Positions 1 to 9,027 of a stretch of 24,000 nt of DNA are shown piece after piece. Below the pieces are notes generated by a model, which was not told where the DNA came from, ran no database searches, and was given only the letters and a program-made list of their open reading frames with translations. The translations under genes were made by a program, and so were the position numbers. Each line of letters begins with the position of its first letter. Position 1 is the first letter of the stretch. The stretch comes from an uncultured Anaerolineaceae bacterium (GTDB taxonomy: Bacteria; Chloroflexota; Anaerolineae; Anaerolineales; Villigracilaceae), in NCBI GenBank assembly GCA_964370815.1, contig CAYJKQ010000011.1, forward strand, positions 55,621-79,620. The letters run 5' to 3'.

Positions 1-82
1 ACACTCTCTTCAAGTGAACGCCTGCGCCTTCAATTGCGGGTGTGCTCTTGATAACTTTTCGGATCTTTCTGGTCTTTGCCAT
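1..82 (-). CDS. pirin-family protein, N-terminal 27 codons only (gene runs off the window start)
   Basis: Too short for the ORF track. Reverse complement of 1-82 reads MAKTRKIRKVIKSTPAIEGAGVHLKRV, which resembles the conserved pirin N-terminus (..EGAGV.L.R). A GGAGGT SD (rc of 88-93) lies 5 nt upstream of the ATG (rc of 80-82). Confidence 0.5.
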   Translation of the reverse strand, partial: MAKTRKIRKVIKSTPAIEGAGVHLKRV

Positions 83-311
83 TTTATACCTCCAATTGGT
101 ACTCTTCATTATAGCATTTCACACCTTCCATTATTCATAATTGAATTACCCCAAGGTTTTCTTTAGTAGTCAAACCTGATCTGGATTTTTTGCGATATCA
201 AACCCATTATTGGGGGAGACCGTTCTTTTAGTGGTCGTGGCGATATCCATTCCGGAGAGGGGATTTCCATATTCAAGAATAGCACACACACCCAAAATAT
301 CATTATCCATC

Positions 312-339
312 TTGCCAAACTACCTGATTATGCTAGAAT
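312..339 (+). promoter_or_regulatory. candidate sigma70-type promoter of trmD: -35 TTGCCA (312-317), 16-nt spacer, extended -10 TGC-TAGAAT (331-339)
   Basis: Read directly. The -10 ends 6 nt before the trmD ATG (346), and no SD is present between them. Confidence 0.4.
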
Positions 340-345
340 GCATGT

Positions 346-1095
346 ATGCGTTTTGATGTATTCACGCTCCTCCCCGAAGTATTCCCCCCCTATTTGGATA
401 GCAGCATTTTGAATCGCGCCCGCTTGCGCGGCTTGATCGATGTGCAGGTGCACAATATCCGTGACTGGGCAACCGACCAGCACCATGTCACCGATGATAC
501 GCCTTATGGCGGTGGTGGCGGTATGGTCATGAAGGTCGAACCCATGTTTGCAGCGGTGGAATCTGTTTTGGGAACACCCCCGCCATGCCCGGTTATCATG
601 CTGACACCGCAAGGTCGTGTTTTCAACCAGAATGTGGCAGACCAGCTGGCACAAAACTCACGCCTGGCTTTGATCTGTGGACGGTATGAAGGCATCGATG
701 AACGCATCCGCACCCACCTGGTGACAGACGAGATCTCGATCGGGGATTATGTCCTGACCGGTGGCGAATTACCAGCATTGATCCTGATCGATGTGCTGGC
801 ACGCCTGGTGCCGGGTGTGCTGGGTGACCCGACCGGGGCCTCCGACGATTCGCACGCCTCCGGTCTGCTTGAATACCCGCATTATACGCGCCCGCTCGAA
901 TTCCGCGGCTGGCAGGTACCCGAGATCCTGCTCTCGGGAGACCATGCCAAAGTGGCTCGCTGGCGCAGAGAACAGTCCCTCCTGCGTACCCGCCAGCGCC
1001 GACCCGACCTGCTCGAAAAAGCAAATCTATCCGATAAAGACCTGAAATTCTTGGAGAACAAAAGTCAAGAAAAACCCTCTAACCTGACCTGCTAG
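346..1095 (+). CDS. trmD: tRNA (guanine37-N1)-methyltransferase TrmD
   Basis: 249-aa ORF with the canonical TrmD N-terminus [13 protein letters not shown]. It also has the [14 protein letters not shown] and [10 protein letters not shown] motifs and the [19 protein letters not shown]-knot region. Confidence 0.95.
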   Translation: MRFDVFTLLPEVFPPYLDSSILNRARLRGLIDVQVHNIRDWATDQHHVTDDTPYGGGGGMVMKVEPMFAAVESVLGTPPPCPVIMLTPQGRVFNQNVADQLAQNSRLALICGRYEGIDERIRTHLVTDEISIGDYVLTGGELPALILIDVLARLVPGVLGDPTGASDDSHASGLLEYPHYTRPLEFRGWQVPEILLSGDHAKVARWRREQSLLRTRQRRPDLLEKANLSDKDLKFLENKSQEKPSNLTC

Positions 1096-1196
1096 AACCC
1101 CGAATTTGGATAATGAATCCATCGTCCAGGCTCGGTGTTCTATAGGAAATAAGTATTTCATTTCGATCACAAACTACTTTAAAGAGGAGATGTACC

Positions 1197-2456
1197 ATGA
1201 AATTTAGATACGGCAAGATCTTCCTGCTCGGCTTTGGTTTTTTTGGCGTCAGCGTCATCTGGGGTGTGTACAATGCCTTCGTGCCCATCTTCCTGGCTGA
1301 CAAATTTCACCTGGCACCAGCCTGGATCGGCTTTTTTATGACGCTCGACAATATTGCCGCCCTTTTCATTCAACCTCCGGTGGGAGCCTGGTCGGATAAA
1401 CTGCGCTCCCCCATCGGTCGGCGCATGCCCTTTATATTGATCGGCGCCCCGATCGGCGCACTGGTCTTCGGCATCATCCCCCTGGCAGCCGTCCTGCCTC
1501 TGTTCGTAGCCTGTACCAGTACGCTGCTCTTGAGCATGGCTTTCTGGCGCACCCCGGTGGTGGCACTCATGCCGGACATCACCCCTTCGCAAAATCGCTC
1601 ACAGGCCAACGGCATCATCAACTTCATGGGCGGTCTGGGTGCCATCATCTCCTTCATCGGGGGTGGAGCATTGTACAAGATGAACCCTGCTTTCCCGTTC
1701 TGGTTGGGTTCAGCCCTGGTCATCCTGGCTGCCGGTCTGGTATTGATCTTCATCCGTGAGCCTAAAGAGTATGGTGCATCCGAAAAGCAACCCAACATGC
1801 TGGAAAGCTTGATGGAAGTGCTGCGAGACAAGGAAAAAAGTGCCATTCGGTTGTTCCTGGCTATCTTTTTCTGGTTCCTGGGTTACACTGCCATTGAGGC
1901 TTTCTTTACGCTTTATGGCAAGTATCATCTCGGGTTGAACGAAGCTGACGGCAGCCGCCTGCTAGGTCACCTCTCCCTGTTCTTTGTGCTGTTTGCCCTG
2001 GTCTCCGGCGTGATCGGTGCCAGGATCGGGCGGCGCGTGACCATCATGATCGGCATTTTCCTGCTGGGCGGATTGATCGCAGCCATGTACTTCCTATCGC
2101 CTGCCACACTGACCATCGTCCTGACCAAACTGCCGGTACTGGGCACCATCCCGGTCATCAGCCTGTTCCTGATGGCAGCCGGCATTGCCTGGTCATTGAT
2201 CAACATCAACTCCCTGCCCATGGTGGTGGACATGACCACCACTGCGCGCCTGGGGACTTATACCGGTCTGTATTACCTGTTCTCCACACTGTCCGCCATC
2301 GTCGGACCCAACGTGAACGGCTGGATGATCCAATTGACGGGTAACAACTACAACGCCGTCATGCTGATCTCTCCTTTCTTCATGCTGATCGCTTTTATGC
2401 TAATGGTTGGCGTGCGCCGCGGTGAAGCCACAAATACTCCCTTAATAACGGTATAG
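1197..2456 (+). CDS. MFS transporter, GPH/SLC45-like sugar:cation symporter family
   Basis: 419 aa with about 12 predicted TM segments. Loop 2-3 motif GAWSDKLRSPIGRRMPFIL is typical of GPH/sucrose-transporter-like MFS. GAGGAG SD lies 7 nt upstream of the ATG. Confidence 0.85.
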   Translation: MKFRYGKIFLLGFGFFGVSVIWGVYNAFVPIFLADKFHLAPAWIGFFMTLDNIAALFIQPPVGAWSDKLRSPIGRRMPFILIGAPIGALVFGIIPLAAVLPLFVACTSTLLLSMAFWRTPVVALMPDITPSQNRSQANGIINFMGGLGAIISFIGGGALYKMNPAFPFWLGSALVILAAGLVLIFIREPKEYGASEKQPNMLESLMEVLRDKEKSAIRLFLAIFFWFLGYTAIEAFFTLYGKYHLGLNEADGSRLLGHLSLFFVLFALVSGVIGARIGRRVTIMIGIFLLGGLIAAMYFLSPATLTIVLTKLPVLGTIPVISLFLMAAGIAWSLININSLPMVVDMTTTARLGTYTGLYYLFSTLSAIVGPNVNGWMIQLTGNNYNAVMLISPFFMLIAFMLMVGVRRGEATNTPLITV

Positions 2457-2478
2457 AGACAGTAATTTAAACTCAAAA

Positions 2479-2514
2479 AGGCACTCCTGATATTTTATAA
2501 ATTCGGGAGTGCCT
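2479..2514 (+). other. stem-loop between the two MFS paralogs (AGGCACTCC / GGAGTGCCT, 9-bp stem extendable by 3 bp)
   Basis: Perfect inverted repeat seen at 2479-2487 and 2506-2514. No U-tract follows on the + strand, so it is not a canonical intrinsic terminator. Confidence 0.35.
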
Positions 2515-2565
2515 GTATTACTATTGGTTTAACCGAACGGATTGAAAAATGGTGTTCTAACCAGC

Positions 2566-3846
2566 ATGACAAAGGATAAATTCCCCTGGAACAAGACCAT
2601 CCTGTTGGGGCTGGGTTTTCTTGGGATTAGCAGTTTCTGGCCGGTCTTCAACCAGTTCATTCCCCTCTTCCTGCAAGCCGGAAATCCGGAGTTCAACCGT
2701 CAGTTGATCAGCGAAGGCAGGGCAATACCAAATATCGTCGGTTTTGGGTTGAATCCAGCCTGGGCTTTGTTCATCATGACCTGGGACAACCTGATCAATG
2801 TCTTCGTCCAGCCCTGGGCGGGTGCAAAGAGCGACAACACCTGGAACCGCTTCGGTCGAAGAAAAGGATGGATCCTGTTGGGAGCGCCGATTGCCCTGCT
2901 GGGTTTCGTTTTCATCCCGGTTGCCCAAAGCGTGTTAGCCATCATGGTCTTCATCCTGATCACCAATTTTGGCATGGCTCTGTTCCGCTCCCCGACTGCA
3001 GCCTGGCTGGGTGACCTTTTCAAATCAAAGGACCGCAGCAAAGTGAATGGCGTTATTAACCTGATGGGTGGAGTCGGTGGTCTGCTGGCTTACTTTGGCG
3101 GTGGATTTCTGTTCGATTCATACGGGCGTACTGCCCCCTTCATCGGTGGAGCGCTCACAACCATCCTTGCTTTGCTGGTTGTATTGCTCTTTATCAAAGA
3201 ACCCGAAAGCCTCAGCCCTGAAAAAGTGGAAAAGGTCAATGTCCTCGAGAACATCCGCCATATGTTCAGGAAACCCGATAAGAGCAGCCTTTATGTTCTT
3301 TTGGGTATCCTGTTATGGTTCATGGCTTTCAGTGCCCTGGAAACAGGGTTGTCATCCATTGCCGTGTTCTCCCTTGATATTAAACCGGGCACAGCCTCTA
3401 TTTTGATCGGCACCATGACGATCTCATTTATTCTCTTTGCCGTACCCGCAGGTTTTTTTGGCTCGCGATGGGGGCGCAGAAATTCCATCCGCATCGGGTT
3501 GGCCGGGTTGACAGGCATACTCCTGGCAGGTTATTTTATCGTACGGAACACCCTAAGCCTGGTCATCATATTGGTCATGTGCGGATTTTTCTGGGCACTG
3601 GTCAATGTCAATAGTCTGCCGCTGGTGTTCGATCATGGAGATGAGAGCAGGATTGGGGCTTTTACAGGTTTGTATTATTTTTCATCCCAGCTTGCCTCAG
3701 TACTGGGTCCCACCCTGGGCGGGATCCTGGTGGGGACGATGCATAATGACTACCGCTGGTTGTGGTTGTTCAGCACCTTCTTTATGGGGTTGGCGTGGCT
3801 CGTGATGACAGGAGTAAGGCGGGGTGGGGACATTCCAAAATCGTAA
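2566..3846 (+). CDS. MFS transporter, paralog of 1197-2456
   Basis: The ORF track starts at TTG 2542, but the first ATG is 2566 (MTKDKFPW..). It aligns with the upstream gene through LGFLGISSFW, TWDNLINVFVQPWAGAKSD..FGRRKGWILLGAPI and VNSLPLVFD..GAFTGLYYF. Confidence 0.85.
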   Translation: MTKDKFPWNKTILLGLGFLGISSFWPVFNQFIPLFLQAGNPEFNRQLISEGRAIPNIVGFGLNPAWALFIMTWDNLINVFVQPWAGAKSDNTWNRFGRRKGWILLGAPIALLGFVFIPVAQSVLAIMVFILITNFGMALFRSPTAAWLGDLFKSKDRSKVNGVINLMGGVGGLLAYFGGGFLFDSYGRTAPFIGGALTTILALLVVLLFIKEPESLSPEKVEKVNVLENIRHMFRKPDKSSLYVLLGILLWFMAFSALETGLSSIAVFSLDIKPGTASILIGTMTISFILFAVPAGFFGSRWGRRNSIRIGLAGLTGILLAGYFIVRNTLSLVIILVMCGFFWALVNVNSLPLVFDHGDESRIGAFTGLYYFSSQLASVLGPTLGGILVGTMHNDYRWLWLFSTFFMGLAWLVMTGVRRGGDIPKS

Positions 3847-3915
3847 ATGACCTGAGCCAGTTGATCCATTGCAAGGAATTTCTTTAAGAAAACCCTGATT
3901 TGGCGATCTGCTTGG

Positions 3916-3944
3916 TTGAATATCCAGGTGGGATTTGCTATAAT
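3916..3944 (+). promoter_or_regulatory. candidate strong promoter: -35 TTGAAT (3916-3921), 17-nt spacer, extended -10 TGC-TATAAT (3936-3944)
   Basis: Read directly. It lies about 85 nt upstream of the lipoprotein ATG at 4028. Confidence 0.5.
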
Positions 3945-4027
3945 ATTAATGGTCAAACTTGGCGAATATATTTATTTACTGTCCTTTATAAATGATCCCT
4001 CCAACCCACGAAGAAAGGAAATTTATA

Positions 4028-5152
4028 ATGTCCAGCAAATCCCCCGTTTTTTTATCCGTTATTCTTATCCTGACATTTGCGATCAGCTCCTGCGGACCAG
4101 CGTCATCAACCACCCAGCCACCAACCAACATATTACCAACATCAATGAATAAGTTGCCGGAAGCTACCATGACCGGATCAGTCAGCACTGCAGTACCCAA
4201 TGCTGACATTACTTTAATATGCAATCTTTACCAAACCGGAGCATTGGATGACCGATCTTTTGGTGCAGCTACATGGAAAGCCACGACAACCGCAGCGGAA
4301 ACCCTGGGAGTTGAGGTTATTTTTATTGAATCTGATATATCGGAGCTTGACAGCAGTATCAACCTGTTGATGGGTGAAGGCTGTGACCTGATCATTGGAG
4401 TTGGCACCAGTTTCAGCAATGCCATCAAGATGGCTGCAGAAGCCAATCCGGATCAAATATTTGGCCAGTTGGATGATAATTTCGATCCTGTCCTGCCGAA
4501 TGTTGCCACCAGTGTATACATCTTGGACCAGGCGACCTACCTGCTTGGTTACCTGGCTGCCTCGCAGACTAGGACAGGAAAGATCGGCACGTTTGCAGGA
4601 ATGATCTTTCCTGGAGTAACCATCTATATGGATGGTTTTTACATGGGCATGCTGAAATATAACGAGATCCATGACAAGAATGTTGAACTCGTTGGCTGGG
4701 ATCCTGAAACCAGCACAGGGACAGAAGTGGGGAATTTCGGTGATCGGGAGAAAGGAAAATCCATCACCCTCGAACTCATTGATCAGGGAGCAGACATCAT
4801 TCTACCGGTGGCTGGTGCCTCCGGACTGGGAAGCCTGGATGCAGTCAGCGAGAGGGATGCCCTGCTGGTCTGCATGGATGGAGATTGGTCGGTCATGTTC
4901 CCGGATTACAGCAGCAAGATCCTGGCCAGTGGAACAAAGAATGTGGACGAGTGGTTTTTTAACACCATTGAATCAGTAAAAAATGGGACATTTGCCGGGA
5001 ACTCCTATACAGGTTCTCTGCAAAACGGGGGAGTTGGCATCCTGTTGGGTGTTGATCATACGAATTCCATTGATCCGGCTATCATGGCTGAGATCGAGCA
5101 TCTACTGGAAGAAATAAAAGCAGGCAAGGTGGATATCCACTACGATCGATAA
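4028..5152 (+). CDS. BMP-family (PnrA/Med-like) ABC substrate-binding lipoprotein, orphan paralog
   Basis: Start chosen at ATG 4028 (MSSKSPVFLSVILILTFAISSCGP: signal peptide plus lipobox Cys) with an AAAGGAAA SD, rather than the track start at 3992. About half of aligned residues are identical by eye to the SBP at 10663-11754 (DQATYLLGYLAASQT, MDGFYMGM.KYNE, PVAG). Confidence 0.85.
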   Translation: MSSKSPVFLSVILILTFAISSCGPASSTTQPPTNILPTSMNKLPEATMTGSVSTAVPNADITLICNLYQTGALDDRSFGAATWKATTTAAETLGVEVIFIESDISELDSSINLLMGEGCDLIIGVGTSFSNAIKMAAEANPDQIFGQLDDNFDPVLPNVATSVYILDQATYLLGYLAASQTRTGKIGTFAGMIFPGVTIYMDGFYMGMLKYNEIHDKNVELVGWDPETSTGTEVGNFGDREKGKSITLELIDQGADIILPVAGASGLGSLDAVSERDALLVCMDGDWSVMFPDYSSKILASGTKNVDEWFFNTIESVKNGTFAGNSYTGSLQNGGVGILLGVDHTNSIDPAIMAEIEHLLEEIKAGKVDIHYDR

Positions 5153-5176
5153 AAATTTATTCTCCCCGCAGCAAAA

Positions 5177-5208
5177 ATGGAGGTTGGATCAAGAGATCCA
5201 ACCTCCAT
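5177..5208 (+). other. perfect 14-bp stem / 4-nt loop hairpin (ATGGAGGTTGGATC aaga GATCCAACCTCCAT)
   Basis: Seen directly, 25 nt after the SBP stop. No U-tract follows. The 3' arm abuts an extended -10-like TGCTATAAT (5208-5216) upstream of the URO-D-family gene. Confidence 0.5.
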
Positions 5209-5250
5209 GCTATAATCCTCTTAAATTCCATCTTAAGAAAAGGCCATCCT

Positions 5251-6402
5251 ATGACAATGACCGCACGTCAACGTGTTCTGACCTGCCTGGATCACCAGGA
5301 ACCAGACCGGGTGCCCATCATCATTGGCACCAGCAACACCACCAGTATGAAATTGGTTGCTTATCAGCGCTTGCAGAAGCTGCTGGGGGAAGAAAATGAA
5401 CCCGAATTTATCTACGATTGGCCTGAATTGGGTACGGTACTTCCATCCGAACGTATCCTTGAAAGGCTTTATGGCGATGCCAGGGGAGTTTTGGATAAAT
5501 ATCCGCAATGGGTGTACGACCGCAACAAAGCCCGCCCGCCACACAACCCCTTCCTTGATGACTGGGGCAGCGGACAGAAAGAAGTGTCTCCCGGGCAGTG
5601 GTTCCCTGGCATCCACCCCATGCGGGAAGCTACCACTCTGGCTGAGATCGAAGCCTACCCCTGGCCGGATATGGATGATCCATCACGCGTCGCCCATGTC
5701 AAAGAGGAAGCCCGCAAATTAGCAGTACAAGATCAGTATGCCATCATTGGCACCCCCTGGCTATTGTTCCCATTGGAAAGGGCTTTTGCCATGCAGGGTA
5801 TGGATAGATTTGTTTTGAACCTGGGCAGAAAACCGGAATTCGCGGTCGAATTGCTTAAAAAGATCACAGTCTTATGCAAAACATTAATGGAACACTTCCT
5901 CAAAGAAGCCGGGGACAACCTGGATATCATCAAGATCGGGGATGATCTCGGAACACAAACCAGCCTGATCATGTCCCCCAAAATGTACCGGCAATACCTG
6001 AAACCGATCCATGCTGATTATATTGCTTTTATTAAAGAGCGCACCAAAGCCAAAGTGTTCTTTCATACCGACGGCGACGTATTCGACCTGATCCCGGATT
6101 TCATCGAGATCGGCGTGGATATCCTCAACCCCATCCAGACCTCTGCTGGGAAAATGGCAAATCTGCAGGAGATAAAATCCCGCTATGGTGACCAGCTTGT
6201 TTTCTGCGGAGCAGTGGATACCCACCATATCCTGCCGATGGGCAGCCAGCAGGAAGTACGCACCGAGGTTAAGCGGGTGATCGACATCATGGCGCCGGGG
6301 GGCGGCTATATGCTGGCCTCGGTTCATACCATCATGGACGATGTGCCTCCTGAGAACATCCTGGCAATGGTGGATGCGGTGCAGGAGTTTGGAAAATATT
6401 AA
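5251..6402 (+). CDS. uroporphyrinogen decarboxylase (URO-D) family protein, MtaA/CmuA-like; substrate unknown
   Basis: 383 aa. The N-terminal R.R....L.....DRVP and the C-terminal FFHTDGDV..LIPDFIEIGVDILNPIQ and GGGYML...H motifs are characteristic of the URO-D superfamily. Confidence 0.8.
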   Translation: MTMTARQRVLTCLDHQEPDRVPIIIGTSNTTSMKLVAYQRLQKLLGEENEPEFIYDWPELGTVLPSERILERLYGDARGVLDKYPQWVYDRNKARPPHNPFLDDWGSGQKEVSPGQWFPGIHPMREATTLAEIEAYPWPDMDDPSRVAHVKEEARKLAVQDQYAIIGTPWLLFPLERAFAMQGMDRFVLNLGRKPEFAVELLKKITVLCKTLMEHFLKEAGDNLDIIKIGDDLGTQTSLIMSPKMYRQYLKPIHADYIAFIKERTKAKVFFHTDGDVFDLIPDFIEIGVDILNPIQTSAGKMANLQEIKSRYGDQLVFCGAVDTHHILPMGSQQEVRTEVKRVIDIMAPGGGYMLASVHTIMDDVPPENILAMVDAVQEFGKY

Positions 6403-6407
6403 TAAAA

Positions 6408-6437
6408 AAAGAGGAACTGGAAGCAGCTCCTTTTTTT
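6408..6437. terminator. bidirectional intrinsic terminator between convergent genes
   Basis: A7 run, then stem GAGGAACTG / CAGCTCCT (one mismatch, 4-nt loop), then T7 run. It sits between the URO-D stop (6402) and the permease stop (6456). Confidence 0.65.
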
Positions 6438-6455
6438 AGTCACTCTAAAAACCAT

Positions 6456-7733
6456 CTATTCTTTCTCGTAAGGAATGCCATCTGCGGCAGGCGGGGTGCT
6501 TTTGCCGACCACTCCAGCCAGAAGGATCATGGTGGCAACATAAGGAGCCATCAAAAGAAAATCTGCCGGGATGGGAACGTTCAGGATGGATAAGCGCGTG
6601 CCGAGTGAGTCTGCAAAACCAAACAGCATGCCAGCCCCGAAGGACCCCGCTGGGGTGTAATTGCCGAACAGCATGGCAGCCAAACCAATGAACCCTTTAC
6701 CGGAGGTCATCAATTTGTCAAAACGCCCGACAGAGCCGAGCGTGAAGAAAGAGCCAGCCAGTCCGGCGATCAGGCCTCCCAGCAACACAGCCATATAGCG
6801 GGTTTTGAAGACGTTAATTCCCAACGTATCGGCAGCTTTCGGATGCTCACCGACAGCCCGCACCCGCAAACCCCAGCGTGTTTTTTGCAAAGCAACGTGG
6901 ATCACGACCATGAGGATGAGCATGGCATACACGAAAATGCTGTTCTGAAAGAAAACCGGTCCTATGATGGGAATCTTGGAAAGCAAGGGAATCTTCCAGA
7001 TCGGAAAAGTACCCGGGCTATTTAAGAACTCATACTGCTGGACAAAACGGGAGGATATATAAGAAGTCAAACCGATAGAAAAGATATTGATGACCGTACC
7101 GGCGATGATCTGGTTGGTTTTGTACTTGATGGATAAAATGGCAAGCAGCCAGGCCATCAGTAAGCCGGTCAACATGCCCGCCAGCAAACCAAAATAGAGG
7201 TTGTGAGAGAGGGAACCGACGATGGTGGCAACCAGTGCACCTGCCAGCATCATTCCTTCGATGGCGATGTTGACAACCCCGGACTTCTCGCACAGGATCC
7301 CGGCAAAGGCACCCAGGGTGATGGGTACCGCCCGCTGGATGGTGGTCATTAAAAGACCTTCCAGGTTCAACGATTTACCCGCCGCTCCCCAGATCAAAAA
7401 GCCAAAGATAAAGAGCCCGATCAGGATACCCAGTATCCGGTTGGTCCATTGCTTTAATCCGACGAAGATCTGCATCAAACCCAGTACGATACATGCCGCC
7501 GAGAAACCCAGCAGCGTGTAATATGAGTTCATGGTCCAATCTGGCAGGATCTTTTCCTGTCCGCCCGGGTTGAGCCCAAAGGTGGTTATCTGAGTTGCAT
7601 TCACCTTGCTTGTAAAAATAAGGTGGATCAAGATGCCGATCAAGATGAAAATGACCCCAAAAACGACCTGCCTGGTGCGGGAAACTTCCTCATATTTCTT
7701 CTGGGATATGGCAAGACTCTTAAGCATGGTCAT
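6456..7733 (-). CDS. ABC transporter permease (BMP/nucleoside-type CUT2 family, YufQ/NupC-like)
   Basis: 425 aa, polytopic, with the branched-chain/ribose-type permease signature region. Overlaps the upstream permease by 4 nt. Confidence 0.9.
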   Translation of the reverse strand: MTMLKSLAISQKKYEEVSRTRQVVFGVIFILIGILIHLIFTSKVNATQITTFGLNPGGQEKILPDWTMNSYYTLLGFSAACIVLGLMQIFVGLKQWTNRILGILIGLFIFGFLIWGAAGKSLNLEGLLMTTIQRAVPITLGAFAGILCEKSGVVNIAIEGMMLAGALVATIVGSLSHNLYFGLLAGMLTGLLMAWLLAILSIKYKTNQIIAGTVINIFSIGLTSYISSRFVQQYEFLNSPGTFPIWKIPLLSKIPIIGPVFFQNSIFVYAMLILMVVIHVALQKTRWGLRVRAVGEHPKAADTLGINVFKTRYMAVLLGGLIAGLAGSFFTLGSVGRFDKLMTSGKGFIGLAAMLFGNYTPAGSFGAGMLFGFADSLGTRLSILNVPIPADFLLMAPYVATMILLAGVVGKSTPPAADGIPYEKE

Positions 7734-9004
7734 TTTCCTCCCATAGTGGTTGCAGCTATGATCTGATCCTTCTCTTTGGGTTCTTTCAACCTGTACATGG
7801 TACGGATGATGGCCGGGGCTGCAATGAACATCAAGACCATGGCCTGGATGATCGCGATGATCTCGACCGGGATCCTGGCATCCATCTGCATCCGTGTGGC
7901 GCCGTTATTAAGGGTGCCGAAAAGCAGGGCTGCCAGCCCAACCCCAACCGGGTTGTTATTTCCGAGCAGCGCCAGGGCAATGCTGTCAAACCCATACCCG
8001 GATGAGAAAGCTACAAACAAGGCATGATTCACCCCCAGCACTTCGTTGGCACCTGCCAGACCAGCCAGGGCACCCGAAAGGGTCATGGCCAGGATGATGT
8101 TGCGGGATACATTGATGCCTGCATATTTGGCTGCATTGGGATTCTCCCCTACCATGCGCAGGTTAAAGCCCCAGGTGGTTTTGAACAAAAAGATATATAC
8201 AATAAAAATGAAAGCAATGGCAATGAAGAAACCGATATGGAAGCGGGATGGGTCCGGGAATAATTTCGGCAATTCCGCAGAGGCTTGTATCTGAGGGCTG
8301 ACGGGTTGATAGGTCCCTTCCCTGCGCATTGGGCCGCGCAGCAACCAGTCATTCAACCTGAAGGCAATGTAGTTCATCATGATGGTATTGATGACCTCAT
8401 GTCCGCCGGTCTTGGCTTTCAACCAGCCCGGGATGAACCCCCACAAACCTCCGCCTACCGCACCTGCCAGCAGGGCGAAAGGAATATGAATATAGGCAGG
8501 CAGCCCGGTAAAATAATAACCGACGAAAACCGAAGCAGAAGCCCCGATAAAGATCTGCCCCTCCACACCAATGTTAAAAACACCAGCTTTGAACCCCAAT
8601 GCAACGGCCAGCCCGCCGAAAATATACGGCGTGGTTGCCACCAGGCTTTCAAGGATCGGGCTGAATGCCTTTATCTTCAAAGCCTCATCTCCTGACCTCA
8701 TGGCGGATGCAATCAGTTTGGGATCACCGATTGCGCCTTTGAACAGGGCTGTATAAGAAACGGCAACTGTATTCCATGCAAACGAGAGACCTTCAGCAAA
8801 AGATCTCCCGAAAGCTGTATATACATCCACATTGGTGATGACATTAAAGATGGCACCAAATACCAGCCCGGTAAAGATGGCAAGGAATGGTATTAAGAGG
8901 GACCGCCAGACTGAATGTTTTTCTGCTTTTGGCTTGAAAATTTTTTTCACTTCATCCAAAAAAACTTGACCAGCATTGGGTTTGTCGGTTTTAACTTTTT
9001 TCAC
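7730..9004 (-). CDS. ABC transporter permease (YufP/NupB-like)
   Basis: 424 aa, polytopic. It is in an operon with the ATPase (23-nt gap) and the second permease (4-nt overlap). Confidence 0.9.
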   Translation of the reverse strand: MKKVKTDKPNAGQVFLDEVKKIFKPKAEKHSVWRSLLIPFLAIFTGLVFGAIFNVITNVDVYTAFGRSFAEGLSFAWNTVAVSYTALFKGAIGDPKLIASAMRSGDEALKIKAFSPILESLVATTPYIFGGLAVALGFKAGVFNIGVEGQIFIGASASVFVGYYFTGLPAYIHIPFALLAGAVGGGLWGFIPGWLKAKTGGHEVINTIMMNYIAFRLNDWLLRGPMRREGTYQPVSPQIQASAELPKLFPDPSRFHIGFFIAIAFIFIVYIFLFKTTWGFNLRMVGENPNAAKYAGINVSRNIILAMTLSGALAGLAGANEVLGVNHALFVAFSSGYGFDSIALALLGNNNPVGVGLAALLFGTLNNGATRMQMDARIPVEIIAIIQAMVLMFIAAPAIIRTMYRLKEPKEKDQIIAATTMGGK

Positions 9005-9027
9005 TTGGATACCTTTGGTTTAGATCA

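Noticed and set aside
3945-4027. A riboswitch in the ~85-nt leader of the orphan SBP gene, or a cobalamin riboswitch anywhere in the window.
   Set aside because: I could not recognise conserved riboswitch cores such as a B12 box or purine-type junctions. The leader is AT-rich and has no evident conserved structure.
5251-6402. The URO-D-family protein as an MtaA-like corrinoid methyltransferase functionally tied to the B12 photoregulator.
   Set aside because: No corrinoid protein, MtaB/MtaC-type partner or cobalamin transport or salvage gene is nearby. The two loci are 13 kb apart on opposite strands.
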